In this document: one piece after another, positions 37,399 to 51,096 of the stretch
Layout of the letters: every line of letters begins with the position of its first letter
Position numbering within the stretch: the stretch's first letter is position 1
Assembly (NCBI GenBank): GCA_010909165.1
Contig: MU008159.1
Location: 1,550,001 to 1,614,000, forward strand
DNA length: 64,000 nucleotides
Direction: 5' to 3'
DNA from: Anthoceros angustus
Taxonomy: Eukaryota; Plantae; Anthocerotophyta
The notes under the pieces: model-generated
The model's input: only the letters and a program-made list of their open reading frames with translations
Told to the model about the DNA's origin: nothing
Databases searched by the model: none
Translations under genes and position numbers: made by a program

Positions 37399-38392
37399 AT
37401 GGAGATGAAGACTGTCTTCGTACTTTTGGCTCTGGTGTGGCTGTGCGGCGGGGCGGTTGATGGCAGGGTGATTGCAGCTGCAGAGCCTAAGCCTAGGAGA
37501 ACTGCCGTTTTTGCTCTGGGGAGTTTTTGGAATTCGGAGGCTGTGTTCGGGTGCTTGGAGGGAGTGATCCGTACCACTGCTGGGTATAGTGGAGGCTCTA
37601 AGGAAAACCCTGATTACCATTCCATTGGTGATCATGCTGAGGCTGTTGAGGTGAGGAGGGGAGAGCAGTTCATCGCACCGCACCGCACCGCACCGCCCTG
37701 ATTTCTGGTTCAGCGTAGGTTGGATTCTCGTGTTCTGACCTGTCCTATGCTGGATTGTGCAGGTGGAGTACAACCCTCAGTATATCAAGTATGAGCAACT
37801 GCTGGATGTGTTTTGGGCCAACCACGATCCCACTCAAGTTTTCGGACAGGGTCCTGACGTGGGTGACCAGTACAGGTGAGGTTGTGGATTGGAGTATGCG
37901 TGCTCATCTTGTGACTGATTTGGTGTAGTTGATGAGATCGCTTGTTTTTTTTTTCCAGGTCAATAATTTTCACACAAGGAACGGAGGAGAAGACTTTGGC
38001 AGAAGCAAGCAAGGTTCGAGAGCAGGGGAAGTTCACGGACGTTGTTGTGTTGACCAAGATACAACCCCTTACAGTTTTTCACCAGGCTGAAGCAGAACAT
38101 CAGGTAGGTTGCTGTCCACTGCAGATTTTCGTTTAAGATTAATATGTACCTTGCTGGTGACTTGATGCCTGATGCGTGGCTGCTGCAGAAATTTGAGTTG
38201 AGGAGACGGCCTGAGCTCCTTCAAATCCTGTCGGACCTGCCAGAGGAGAGTTTTGCCCGTTGCACGCGAGCTACAAAATTGAACGCTTATGCGACAAGGG
38301 CTTGTTCAAGTTATTTGCAGAAGCTTATCCAGGCCAAAATTCAACCTTTTCTGAAAGAAAGGCCAAAGCTGCAGTTCACCTTCCCCTACTAG
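37399..38392 (+). CDS. MSRA5: Peptide methionine sulfoxide reductase A5 (signal peptide), 4 exons
   Basis: [43 protein letters not shown]. Confidence 0.92.
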
Positions 38393-38635
38393 GTTCAGCA
38401 GAAAGCAGCTTGCCAGTTGTTCACATTATGCAGCATTTCCATCAACTTTAGGGGCCATCCATCTTCAGCTTAGAGATTGAGGTGAAACATCTTTGCTAAA
38501 GCTCCAGTTGAATAGCAACCATGAAAGGAGTTACCGCTTCATTTTCGACACCTTTTGTTCCTGAAGGCAAAGTAGCTTTCCAGTCTACTCGATCGGGAAA
38601 ACAATGCGCCTAATCTAATCCTTGAGCTGATTCCG

Positions 38636-41194
38636 TCAGACAGTTACCAGCTCTTCGGATGCAGGAGGTCTTTTCTCAGACAAATCACCAACCGGAATAT
38701 CAAATTCTTGTCTGGAAGCCAGATCCTTCACACGCACGCATCCTTTTTCCCACTCGGTGCTGCCCACCAAGAAAATCCGTTTGGCATTCAAACGTTCCGC
38801 ATGTTTGAAAACCCTGCACAAAAGACAGACCCCGTCGCTGAGCTGTCTCTCTGTTCATAGCAGTAAGCATGTTCAGCAAGTGCAAAGCTCACCATTTGAC
38901 TCTTTTATTTTCAATCACAAGATCCACAGAGCGGCCTGACTGTCTCAATTTGGAGGCAACCAGACCTGCCTGTGACCTAAGACTGTCATCCATGGGGAAG
39001 ACGATGTCATCAACATCTTGATTCAAAGATGGCATCAGGTTCCTCTCCTTTAACAACTGCACCAGTCGAACCAGTCAACGGATGTTCTAAATCTTATCAA
39101 CCTTGCTAAACACACAGGTCAACAACGTTCATGTACGTATGACAGCCCAGTCTTACCTCTACAATTACAGCGTCGCCAAAACCAAATCCACATGCAGGAG
39201 TGTCCTCACCACCAAATGTGGAAAGAAGGCGGTCATACCGGCCGCCCCCACATATCGCACGCAATTTTCCTTCTTTATCAAAGGCCTGCATAGAAACAAG
39301 GGAATAACAAAGGGATAAGTCTATGCAGTCTGCTGCCAGAATTCTTTTGTCACACATGGTACCGTGATTGAACCATGCTACGTGCAGATTGGGCGAAGGG
39401 TGCAAAAACACCTCAAAGACGGTGCCAGTGTAGTAGGCTAGCCCACGCACGACAGAGGCATCGAAAAGCAACCAATCAGCATAGCCATAGTTTTCAGCAA
39501 GAGTGAACAACTGCCTCAATTCTGTCACAGCACTGGATTCTGATCCCAGCAACTCTGCACCAAGAACACAAGGAATGAGAGGGCCGAAATGCAGGGAAAT
39601 GGGATGACAAGCTAATTCGTGGACCAAGTACCTGCTAACTCATCAAGAGAACGCATTGTGAGGGCCTGTAAGATGCCAGTTATAGCCTCTGGCGGGACCC
39701 CAAGAGCTTCCAGTTCTTTCTCAACTTCAGATCTCGGTATTTTCTCAATCTGGCACGAAGCAGAAGATTCCACAACACTTACGGGGAGTTGACCAGAAGG
39801 GGATTCCAAAGCAGAATAAATCGAAGCAGGCATGATCAAACCTTGTCAACTATAACACAAACAGCGGCGAATGACTGAGCAGGGATTTCATAGCGACTGA
39901 GGACAGCCTGAAGAACCTGCGTTGGCACCGCATACTTGTGTCAGCGTCACACGTGAATGTCCCTAGAGACCGTATAAAACGCAGCTGGAGAAGTGATCAC
40001 CTTCCGGTTAGACACCTTGATACCCACATCCTTGGAGGTGATCCCCAAGCGGGTGAAAATGGTTACGACAGCAGCCAGTAACTCAGCTTCTGCCTGCAAG
40101 AAGCCCGTTGCATCCATCCATCCATACCTGGATATCAGGATCTATGTGACAAATTGAACATTCAAAAGCTTACGGTCATCTACATCATCACCTCAACTCC
40201 ATGAACCCCAAATATATCCATATTCCATTGATAGTGCTCCCTCCTCCTTCCTCTAGTCATCCTCTCGTATCTCCAGCACTGTCCGATGGCAAACCATTTC
40301 AAGGGTTGCCCCAACTTTCTGAAGAGGACAGAAACACTGTTAAGCAATTGCATTTCCATACAGCAAGAAAACCTCAGGGACATTCATCACATATACCCTC
40401 GCTGGAGAACAAGCCGTGCAAGAGATGGAGTGAGCTCTGGCCTAAGAGCCACCCTTCGTCCACCTTTGTCTTCAAAATTGTAGAGCTGCCTTGCGCAGCA
40501 CAGCAAAAATTCCGATTAGCGATACACAATGACACATGAATATACTTTGTGCAGCACAAAACTCCCATCACCCAGAGCTGTAGAGGCGCAACCTGTTGTG
40601 TAATCTCCTCCCCAGCTTTTCTCACAAACAGCTCTTCAGACTCCAGCACCGGGAAGTCGACTTCCTCAAAGGCAAACAACCTGGAAACCTTCATTCACCG
40701 GGAACATGACTTCATTGCAATGCGACAAGTCTCATGTGCAGCAGGCAGCTGCGGAGATTCTCACCTCCCGAAAGTTCTGAAACAGCCAAGAACGGAGTCT
40801 CATCTCTTCCGGAGGAAAATCCCGCGTTCCTCGAGGAGGGTTCAAGCTAATCAAATCACTCTGCTCCACTGGAGGACCGGAGGACGTTGGACCCCTCACG
40901 CTTTCCTTTGCGGCTGTTGCCAACACCTCCAACCTCCGCGCCCACCCATTCCTCGAGATGTTCACGAGGCCTGCAGCAAATGTCATCAGACCAGCCTACA
41001 CTGCGATGTATCTCCATTTCTTGGGCACAAACATGCCAACCTGCGCCACAGAGCCTCTGCTTGGCAACACCGCTCCATACTCCTGGACCGCTTAGCATCA
41101 CCAAATTGTGCAGAGGTTCTGGGAGGCCTCTCTGGACGAAGCGACTGTGCAGACTGCGGCATCCTCCGGCAAAGGCACCGATGCTGGTGCTCAT
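38636..41194 (-). CDS. Histidine--tRNA ligase, chloroplastic/mitochondrial, multi-exon
   Basis: [55 protein letters not shown]. Confidence 0.95.
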
Positions 41195-41574
41195 GTCTAG
41201 CATTTTCACGCAACACTGAATTGGGAAGGAGACGATGAAATCGAAAACACTTGGGTCATACTGGATTGGGAAGGAGAAGATGAAATCCAAAAACACTTGG
41301 GTCGTGTTCAACGGTGTGTTCGTTACACGAGAGCAATTGTTTGCGATGCCCAAATGCGAGTTCGAATGCAGAATGCGATTACACGAGTGCAATTGTTTTG
41401 TGTCTGACAAGCCCTACGCCCCAGCACAAGCTCCACTTTCTGAAGCACAGCATACATAAAGAGAGGACGGGCAAGCGACATCAGACCCAAAGGGCTCATC
41501 AATCCACCAGCCTCTGTCCAAAAAGTGCGTGACTATCGTTGCCACCTCTTCTCAGCTTTACTGGCATGAGCTGG

Positions 41575-42354
41575 TCAGGCGGCAGTGGCTGCAGGCAAAC
41601 TGGGGATGTAAGACTCCAGCATGAGCCGTGTTGGGTAGGGGTTGGTGACATCCACAATCAGGTATGTGAACTTCCAGGTCCTATCAGCTTTGTCTTTGTA
41701 CATCTCACTGTGCACCTTGCCAGCTCCTTGTGGCCCGCGGATGTAGAACACCACCTCACATCTCTCCACCCCATCTTCATCTGTCCATGTCCGATTGGCG
41801 ATCCGCTGACGAGCTGCCCGGTTTCTGCTCTCCTGCCCGTACCCGGTGATCGGTGATCCCAGCCGCACTGTCACTTCGTTGTCTTTCTGCACTCTTTCCA
41901 ATGCCTTGCCGAAAATCTTGTACTCCTTGGGCTGGAGAATCAGCTCCTTAAACACGGCGTAGGCGGCTGCCCCTGCCACGGCCAACCCTGCCAGAATCAC
42001 AATGCTATAGGAAGCACCCTCTGCCACAGTGACCGGTTTCTCAGGGATCCTGTCCGTCAGCGGATCGAAGGGGTCCTCCTCCTGCGTGGCTAGGCCGCCT
42101 TGGCTGTTCTCCTTTCGAGTGCTTGCTGCCCGCTGAAAACAGCGGAGGCCTCCAGCAGAGTAGGGCACTGCGCAGCCCACATCACGCAAGCTTCTCGGAA
42201 CCGGTTGCAAGGGCCTGCAGCATCCAGGTCCAGGAATCTGGTGCAGCTGCCTGGTGGACTGCCCCCCTCCTACTCCATGCCTCACGATGGCCGGATGCAC
42301 CGCTGATCCAGCCTGAAGCTTCCGGAGAGCCTCCCGCCAAGTTCTCGAAAACAT
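41575..42354 (-). CDS. TIM21: Mitochondrial inner-membrane translocase subunit TIM21; no introns in the CDS
   Basis: [13 protein letters not shown]...LILQPKEY...[21 protein letters not shown]...FYIRGP.GAGKV. Confidence 0.92.
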   Translation of the reverse strand: MFSRTWREALRKLQAGSAVHPAIVRHGVGGGQSTRQLHQIPGPGCCRPLQPVPRSLRDVGCAVPYSAGGLRCFQRAASTRKENSQGGLATQEEDPFDPLTDRIPEKPVTVAEGASYSIVILAGLAVAGAAAYAVFKELILQPKEYKIFGKALERVQKDNEVTVRLGSPITGYGQESRNRAARQRIANRTWTDEDGVERCEVVFYIRGPQGAGKVHSEMYKDKADRTWKFTYLIVDVTNPYPTRLMLESYIPSLPAATAA

Positions 42355-43835
42355 AGCGGGCAGTGCCACAACAAGCAGCTGCGATTGCAACAAGAACCAG
42401 CAACTCGAACTCGACAATCAGATCATTTCTCAGCCATCCCAGTCATCAATTTCTGTCCCTGCGAACTCTGCAATGTTGCATCATTGCATCCAATGTCCTA
42501 AACCCTAAACCCACGAGCATCTCTCGCGGTTCAGAGCCCTGTAATTGCCAGCACAGTCAGTCACCAGTTCTATCAGACAATGTACATCCCAGTGCCCAGA
42601 CCAGGTGAAGGCAAAGAAAATGGTTGCCACAAAAAATGCCCTCACCGTAAGCAGTAGACCGATCCTTGGGGGTCGAGGTCCAAAGACCTAATTGGAAATT
42701 GAACCGACTCAGTGCCCAGTTCTCAAAATGCGAACTCGTTGTGTCGGACGAGATCGTAGGTCCGATGCGTTGCCGCAATACACACAAGATACATACGTAT
42801 GCATTTACACCATGGATGAGCACGTCTCCATCCGACCGAACGACTGCTCGTGTTCATTGAACAAGTAGAACGTTGATATGAGCTTCTTGAATCTCAGCCA
42901 AACATTATGTCTAGTGTTTGGAATAATTTGCAAGAAACTCATATTAATTTTAATTTAATAATGCTTATTTTTGTTAACTGAAACTTGTTAGACTGCACAG
43001 CACTGACGAGTATTCCATGTATGTATCACTAAGACAAGTTTGTTAGATTGCATTACACTAAGGAGTATTCTATGTATGTATCACCGAGATAAGTAGGTCT
43101 GTTTAGAAGTACTTGTGTAGACAAGTTTCATACATCTAGTGTTCATGTGGACTCTCAAACTACTAACATTGTCGATGTAGATAGTCCATTTACAAACAAT
43201 TCTACTCCTTCACAACTTGGAATGGGGAACTTTTCTAGACAAATACTCAAGCTTTTCCAAGTACTTGGTCCAAGTTAGAGAAAACTCGGTCTATATTTGA
43301 GCACTCCGATGAAATGGTTCCTTTATTGGGTAATATGACTTAGAATATGAAAGGGTAGAGGATGAAGAAGTTAACTTTGTTAAAGACTATTGTCCAAAGT
43401 GTTGGGGCTATGGCCACAATTAATATGCAGAAAAACATCTTTAGACAAGATGCTCCTTAAAGGTGGATAGTATAGCCGTATAAGATTGCACATAATTTTA
43501 TGCTTGGAACTAACCATATGGTCAAGTATTTGCAAACAAATTATTTTAAAATAGTCATAGTCTTTTAAGTCTAATTTAAATTATATTAAGGTCTTATGGA
43601 CTTAAGTCCAATGATATTATATTTGTATTAAGCTTAGTAGAATAAGTTATATATTTTTTCACAACACTTCTGAAAATGATGATATTCAATCTATGACAAT
43701 ATGCTTAGAAGATGAGTTCTATCTTTTTTTTTTTCACACGCTTTCCCAAACTCACTTGCAATTGGAAACTTCATACTTTATAGAACTGCTTTGGACTTCG
43801 ATGCATGAGTTATATACTATTAAAAAACTGCATCG

Positions 43836-44327
43836 AAATTCTTGGAATCAATCCACCATGAATCCTAGACGGAGATCGCCTTGCGACAATCAAGCGAGTT
43901 GAGGTAAGTCACAGAGCATACGGCGAACGCCTCAGACACACACACGAGTCACCCCTATGATACAAAAATAGCATTTCTTGCTTGAAGATGCGTTCAAAAC
44001 AACAAAGTCCATTTACACATGCTTTAGCTGCGACTTCTATCAACTACTTAAACACTAAACAAGTAGGCTACTTATAAATGCGTCTATGCTCAATGTCCTT
44101 CACGCTCGCTTTAGAAATAAAGTGCGTAGGAATTCTTGGAATCAATCCACCATGAATCCTAGACGGATATAGCCTTGTGACACGATCAAGCGAGTTGAGG
44201 TAAGTCACAGAGCATATGGCTAACGCTTCAGACACACACGCGAGTCATCTTTATAACACAAAAATAGCGTTTCTTGCTTGAAGATGCGTTCAAAACAACA
44301 GAGTCCATTTACACATGCTTTAGCTGC
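43836..44327. repeat. ~195-bp direct repeat x2 in an AT-rich intergenic region
   Basis: AATTCTTGGAATCAATCCACCATG...CATGCTTTAGCTGC at ~43836 and ~44130. Confidence 0.85.
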
Positions 44328-45064
44328 TTCATTTGCATGCCATTTGTTCCTGTAAATGATGTTCTAGGAGCAGTAGGTAATTTTAAGCAAGGGCTTAGTC
44401 GCTCTTTTTCACCTTGACCCCCGAGGGTCCACCTTCATTGTCTTGTGCTGGATGGGTATTTCCCATCGTTTTTCCCTCAATATAACATGTCTTACCACTT
44501 AAAAAATCCTTCTCCAAACTCACTTCCACTTAGAATTCAATAATATAACTCATTCAATTTAGACTGCACTATTATTTGAAAGTCTCTAGTCTAATGTAAG
44601 GATCATTTTCACCTCATGCTATCATCTTTACCGTCTTCTCCAAAAATTTGATCAACCTCTTGGTATCCCGGAGATTATACATAGCCTTTGCCGATGATAC
44701 AATTTGTTTTACATCTTCTATGTATCTAGGCATCTCAAATTCACCTGCTCGCTCATGAGTAGACATGTGGTCATGCTGAAACTTTATTAAATGCTTGTGG
44801 ATCTCGAGCACCTACAACCTCATAAGAGAGTCAGTTTAGCAGCTTGTTTCATGTTGTCCCCTAGCTAGACTGCACTTCACATTCTCGCACAATATTGTCA
44901 ATCCATGCTTGAGTGAATGCATATCTTTATGCACAATACACATATGATAAAGGATAAGACAAGTCTGGACTGGACTAGACCAAGCAAATTTTTTATATTT
45001 CTATCTACCTCATTTAAAAGACAGCCAAAACGAGCCTTCAAATGCCAAAGGCCTATTCTAATAT

Positions 45065-45260
45065 CTTTCTAATACTACTTTGCATGTAGTTCCAGTTTAC
45101 TCGATAAGTGTGGTTTCACGTATTTTAATACCATTCTAATACTACTTTGTATGTACATAGTTTTAGTTTTGTTGAATACACACGGTTTCAATACATTTTA
45201 CTACAATTCTAACGCTACTTTGTATGAAGTTCTAATTTTATTGAATAAGTACGTTTTCAT
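45065..45260. repeat. ~70-bp tandem repeat x3
   Basis: TTCTAATACTACTTTG units. Confidence 0.7.
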
Positions 45261-46721
45261 GGATCCAAGCCCGATCATAGCATAGTGTAAAATCACAGCA
45301 TTGCACAGAAAGCCCCATGTCGTGTTAGGTTTATTATGGGACGGGATGCTGGATTTAGGGTACGGCAGCGCGAAGAAGAGACGCCTTTGACCGGCCCGGG
45401 ACCCGCCGCGGATCAGGCTGCCGTCAAGCAGCGAGCCTTCTGCGGCCAGGCACTGCGGGAAATTTATCTTTCGCGATTGCAGTTTTAGCCATGGAACCGT
45501 TGCTGCGAAGTGGCCTCACATCTGAAAGGGGGCCCCGCATCCCGAAGCTCGTGGCAGGCACACGAGTACGGGCCGCGTCATGCAGCATGATCGATGATGG
45601 ATACCGGGGAGAACCCGAGTGTGCCTGAAGCACGGAAAGGGGGGGCCCGGGGGGCACGATTTTGTTGTCCGGGGGAGCCGCAGGATTGGCAGAGAATTGC
45701 GATTTTCGTGACTCGTTCGGGCCCGCGAATTGCAGGCTACGAGCACCGTCGGGGCGAGACTCTCAGCTCTGGCAGCATCGGGAGTGGGATTGGCACAGGG
45801 CTGGGAGCAGACTGCGTCCAATGGTTGCCCAAGGAATTGGGCGGCTCTCCGCTGTGTGCAGGATTGTAGGAAATGATTCTTCTGCTCTGTATTGCTGGAG
45901 GAAACACGGCGTGGCGACGATGTCGAATAGGAGCTCGCGGAGTCGGATGTGCCCCTTGGGTGGGTGTCGGGAATGGCGAAGCTGAGTGAGCTCTGTCTGG
46001 GGGTACTTTGGCGCTCGGGCAAATAGCTCCTCGTGCTGGGCAAACATGGGTCCGCGGGAACGCGATGGTTTTCCTTCTCTTTCTGTTCCCGTCCAGAACC
46101 TCTTGGATGGCAGAAGACTTGCCTTTCGTCAGTTGAAGAATTTAAAATAATATTTTGGGACGCCTGTGTGGAGGTCCCTCCGCTGAAGGCTTCAACAGGT
46201 ATTCAACGTGTGTCTCGTATGAGTTGGTTGATAATGTGGCTTGCAACTTGGGTTTGTTTGCGTCTGAAGATAGCTCTGTTGGAAGGAGTATCCTGTGACG
46301 CTACACCAAGGAAGTTGCGTAGCATTTTCTGGCATTTTTCAGTGTGTGAATCTGCTGAGCCAAATCTTTCTGATGTATGGAAACATGATGAGGAGGGGAG
46401 CCACTTGTAGACAACCAGGTATCCCCTGGTGTGAAGAGAGCTATAAGTCTTGTTGAGTGGAAGTAGCTGCTTTGCATGGATGTCACCGTTGTTACTCCAA
46501 ATATTGCGTTTTTCAGATGTTCTCCTGTGGATGTATGGAAGGATGCTTTTGCTTGATTGTTTTAGGTCTTTTGCTTGTTCTGACCTGTGTTCCTTCATGT
46601 TTTCCTCCAGGTCTGCCTCCGCCAAATGGCTCAGCACTGCTTGACAGGTGCCATCTCGTGGGGTTATAGCTGTAGCACTTCAGTAAGCTATCAGATCTGG
46701 TCGTCAGAGATACACACTAGA

Positions 46722-49700
46722 ATGGCAGCCGTTTCTGTTGTGAGTGACGCTGCTCACCAGCAGACTCCTCTAGCAGGAGAAAATGTTAGGAAATGCGGCA
46801 TTGCAGCCTTCCTCAGACCTGACGTGTCTCTCTTCAAAGGCGCATCTCGGTTTCTTCCGTCTATGCTTGCAGCTTCTCCCAGGAACGTGCCTTGGCTGCA
46901 TTTGAAGGCATTCAGACCTCGACCGCCTCTGATGGCTTTGAATGTTCGACCAAGCCGCTTACGGTCGAAAAAGGTGAGACAAGAGGATGCCCCTTCTGGA
47001 GATGACATTCCTGCCATGGACTTGAACCCTGCTGAGATATCTGCCCTGCCAAACTCCAAAATCTCTTCTGACACATCAGCCGAGAAAGCGGCAGCCGGAT
47101 CAGTAGATTGCATGGGTTCAACTAAGGCAGCTGCCAGGAAATCAGGGGTAGCGGCTCCGTCACCTTCTTCGCATACCAAGCAAACAAATGAGCCAACCTC
47201 TCCGAGGAGGAGAAGCAGGAAAAGCCGACAGGATAACGGAGGGGGCACTCATGCTGCTAAGATGTTCTACGTGAAGGATCATAAAGGAGACATTGACTAC
47301 TTGGGAGAAAGCACCAAGGGTGATTTGAATGTGCGACATGATATGACAGACGCCCTCGGTAAGGATTCGCATCCTGTACATGGATTGCTTGCATTATGTG
47401 TCTCTTGATGGTTACCTGATTTTGGGCCTTTTCCTTGGCTTGCGACCAGCATGTTATGGGCAAAATGTGCAGAGGACCACATGCCTGAATCTGTTGCTGC
47501 TGGAATAGTTTCCTTATTAGACCTGTTGTACAGGTGCATTTTTCACTCCTTCTGGCTCACAGCTCGGGTGGCCATGGTCCCTCAGAGGCAAGAAGCATCC
47601 CTGCCATTGATCCGTCTCATTTGAGTTACCATCTAACAGTGCCGATGTGTGTTATGGATCCTTGTATATATCTATTTGATCCTCAACTATTTCATGTATG
47701 TCTTCAGATTCTGAGGAGGCACAGACAACTTTTGGTGGTCCAATCGAAGAAGTGGCAAGGGCTGAGGTCAAAGAAGCTGAAGCATTGCTTGAGGAGTTGG
47801 ATATACGTGTTAAGTTCGCACTAGCTATTGTCTTTGCGAATTTTGTGTCGGTAATCGTTGTTGTGGTCTGTGTTCCTTCTTATTTTCTTGCATGAAGTAT
47901 TGACTTTTTCTTTCCTTTTTCATCTTCTCAGATGCGATTTCCACAAGGTATTGCACCTAGGGGTATTTTCTGTAGCAGGACATTGAGTCTGCGGTCCATT
48001 ACGACAATTGGCTATGACATGGATTACACTCTAATCCACTACAACGTTGCGGTGACTACCTTATTTCTATTGTATCTGCATCTGCGAGTCCCATTCTCGG
48101 ATGCCCGCAACATCAAACATCAACTGTGCACTCAAGGGCCTTTGTTCTGAGGTGAGGGGCTGGTTCTTGTAGGCTTGGGAAGGGAGGGCGTATGACTATG
48201 GCATGGACAACCTGCGGAACATGGGCTACCCTGTGGATGGCCTTAAATTTGACCCTGAATTGGTAAGATAGTATTCCGCCGGACTCACTTTTTTCCAAAG
48301 GTCCTCTTTGTCGTGTGTGTTTACTTTATCATGGACTTGTGTCCCCGTGCAGGTCATACGAGGGTTAGTAATGGACAAAGAGAAAGGCAACTTGGTGAAG
48401 GCCGATCGATTTGGTTATGTGAAGAGGGCTATGCATGGCATTAAGATGCTTTCTAATCGAGCAATCAGGTCCACTTTCAGGTCTAATTCCTTGCGGGGAG
48501 AGAGTTTTTGAGGGTAGGCATGTTTAACAAGCCATCTATGGTTCAGTGAACTCTATGGGAGGGAGTTGGTGGACTTGAGGAATGAAGATCGATGGGTATT
48601 TTTGAACACACTGTTCTCTGTCTCTGAAGCCGTCATGTACATGCAGGTATTGCAGCAACTCATGAGAGAAGCAGTGGTCAGCAAGTTGCGTTTCATCTAA
48701 TTTTCATTGTTGAGTTGATAGATGGTGGAACGTCTTGATGAGGGTGCCCTGCCGCCAGAGCTTGGATCGTTGGACTATCAAGGTCTTTACAAGGTATGTA
48801 CTCTTTTGCTAAGTTCTCAACATATCTTATGATGCTAACTGCTGACAAGAGCTTATTGCTCTATTGTCACGCTGTCAGGTTGTGGCAAAAGCGTTGTTTA
48901 GGGCCCATGTTGAGGGCAAGCTAAAGGCAAGGCTGCTTTGCTTCGTGGTCTTGTTCTGTCTGCACTTTTTGGTGGTTCAGAAGTTGACCTTTCATTTCTT
49001 TGCAGGAAGAGATTATAAATGAGCCCGAACGCTTTGTCGAGCCTGATCCAGAACTGCCTTTGACTTTGCTTGACCAAAAGGAAGTAAGTGTGTGATAGTC
49101 TCCTATTGCATACAACTGCACCCCGTATCACGTGCATCTTTGAGTTGCTGCAGATTTGTATCACGCGAAGGATAAGTTGGTGTACATCTGTTGCCAGGCT
49201 GGCAAAAGACTCATCCTAATAACAAACTCTGATTACCACTACACCAACAAGATGATGCAATTTGCTTTTAACCAGTATTTGCCCGATGGAATGGACTGGC
49301 GAGCACTGTTTGACATGGTATGTGATTAGGCTTCAGTCACCGGTGTGGTTGTCCATATGTGTGGTATATATGTGATATGTATGTGTTAAAAGTGTCCATA
49401 TGTTGCAGGTGATAGTCTCAGCCAGGAAACCTGAGTTTTTCCAAAGGTTCCATCCCTTGTATGAGGTGGTGACCGAAGACGGTCTGATGCGCCTCTGTGA
49501 TAGAGCAAGCCCAGGTGAATAAATTACTCTGAGGGTACTGAAAAATTCTGTTAAAAACTTAGTTGCATCTCTATCAAAGTCCTCTCATCACAGGTGGTCG
49601 CAGGTGGTCTCTATTGTGGAGGAAGTGCACAGATGGTAGAGAAAGCTCTTGGGTTTCACGGCGACGAAACACTTTATGTTGGGGACCATATTTATACAGA

Positions 49701-50861
49701 TGTCAGCCAGTCAAAACTGCATCTAAGATGGAGGACTGCCCTGATCTGTAGAGAACTTGAGAAGGAGGTTCGAGTTCACTACGCGTACCCTTATTTCATG
49801 CACCATCCATCCATTCCAGTAACAGTTGAGAATATTTGTACCTCTGAGGAAGAAATGATGTGATCTTGTTCTTGGCCTCATATTCCGGTAATTGCAGGTG
49901 GAGGCATTGGCACATGGTCGGGATCGTAGGGCCAAGCTGATTCAGCTGATGACTCAGAAGGAGGTAGTAGGTGATTTATTCAACCAGTTCCGGCTTGCTT
50001 TGCAGCGTCGCACCCTTGGACACTCCGCTCAGGTCTTTTTTGTGGCCACCTTTCTTCCTTTATCACTACCAGGCTGAAGTTTTTCTTTCGGCACACTGGA
50101 AATCTTCCTGACCCGGTCATCTCGTGAGCTTGTTTTCGAACGCAGACAGTCCAGGCAACAGAAATGGACGAGCGAGAAATCGGTGAAAGTATGCAGAAGC
50201 TGCTTGTAATCATGAGAAGGCTTGATCAAAAGATTGCTCCAATGCTGGAGGCTGATGGGAGCTACTTCAATGAGAGGTGGGATAGGTGCCTTTCTCTGTT
50301 GAATACAACTTGTTTCTTCCTAGTCAAGTGCCTGTCCAAGCTAACAGTCTCTTCACATGTACATCAGGTGGGGCTATTTGTCAAGGGCAGGGCTATGGGA
50401 TAAGAGCCACCTCACGAGACAAATAGAGAAGTAAGTGCCCTTTGGCCAGCCTTCACCCGTTCGCTTTTCGTGCTCAAATATCCGGACATAGTTGACTGAT
50501 TGCAGGTCTTGGTCTTCGCCATGGCAGGTACGCAGATATTTACACGTCCAGGGTCTCAAACTTTTTGCGATATACCCCATTCATGTATTTCCGCTCTCAG
50601 TCACAGGTATGTCGGTTACAGTCCCTCGACGCTGCACACAGTAATCTGTCGGAGCTGGTACAATCTGTCGAAGGTGCAATTTGTATATTCCGGTTTCTCA
50701 TCCTTAAATTGCATTCTTAACTGTGCTCGGTGGTGCAGACTCTTGCTCATGACTGTCAGTACGGTGCCGAAACCCGGACACCTGAGCAACCACGACACTC
50801 TGTCTCCGGCTATCGAGCTGAAATGCCGCTTAACGGTGAGCTGAAAGATCATGGCACCTGA
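46722..50861 (+). CDS. HAD-IG 5'-nucleotidase (cN-II family, likely plastid-targeted), multi-exon
   Basis: DYLGESTKGDLN, GIFCSRTLSLRSITTIGYDMDYTL, LITNSDYHYT, ARKPEFF, YVGDHIYTD, YADIYTSRVSN. Confidence 0.93.
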
Positions 50862-51096
50862 GTTTGGAGTCTTTGGACCACACGCCACAGAGTTAGGCCG
50901 CGAATGATCTGTTGCTGCAGAGCGATTGTACTATAGTTGTACCAGTATTAATTTCCTTGTACGCCATACTGTTTCTGGCATGCAACTCAAGTGGTGTAAT
51001 TGGCGTGCTACTTCTGAGGTTTGCTTCTGCCATCTTCCGTGGAATGGAGGATAAAATGAATGCATTTTGTTTCCGGGAACACTTTTCAGCTTCTCA

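Noticed and set aside
37510-37535. MsrA active site GSFW instead of GCFW
   Set aside because: Known hallmark of the plant MSRA5 subfamily, not novel.
44614-44811. 65-aa minus-strand ORF in AT-rich DNA
   Set aside because: Possibly TE debris; no recognisable motif to support a call.
45424-46640. ORFs upstream of the 5'-nucleotidase
   Set aside because: No motifs; more likely 5' UTR exons/introns and promoter.
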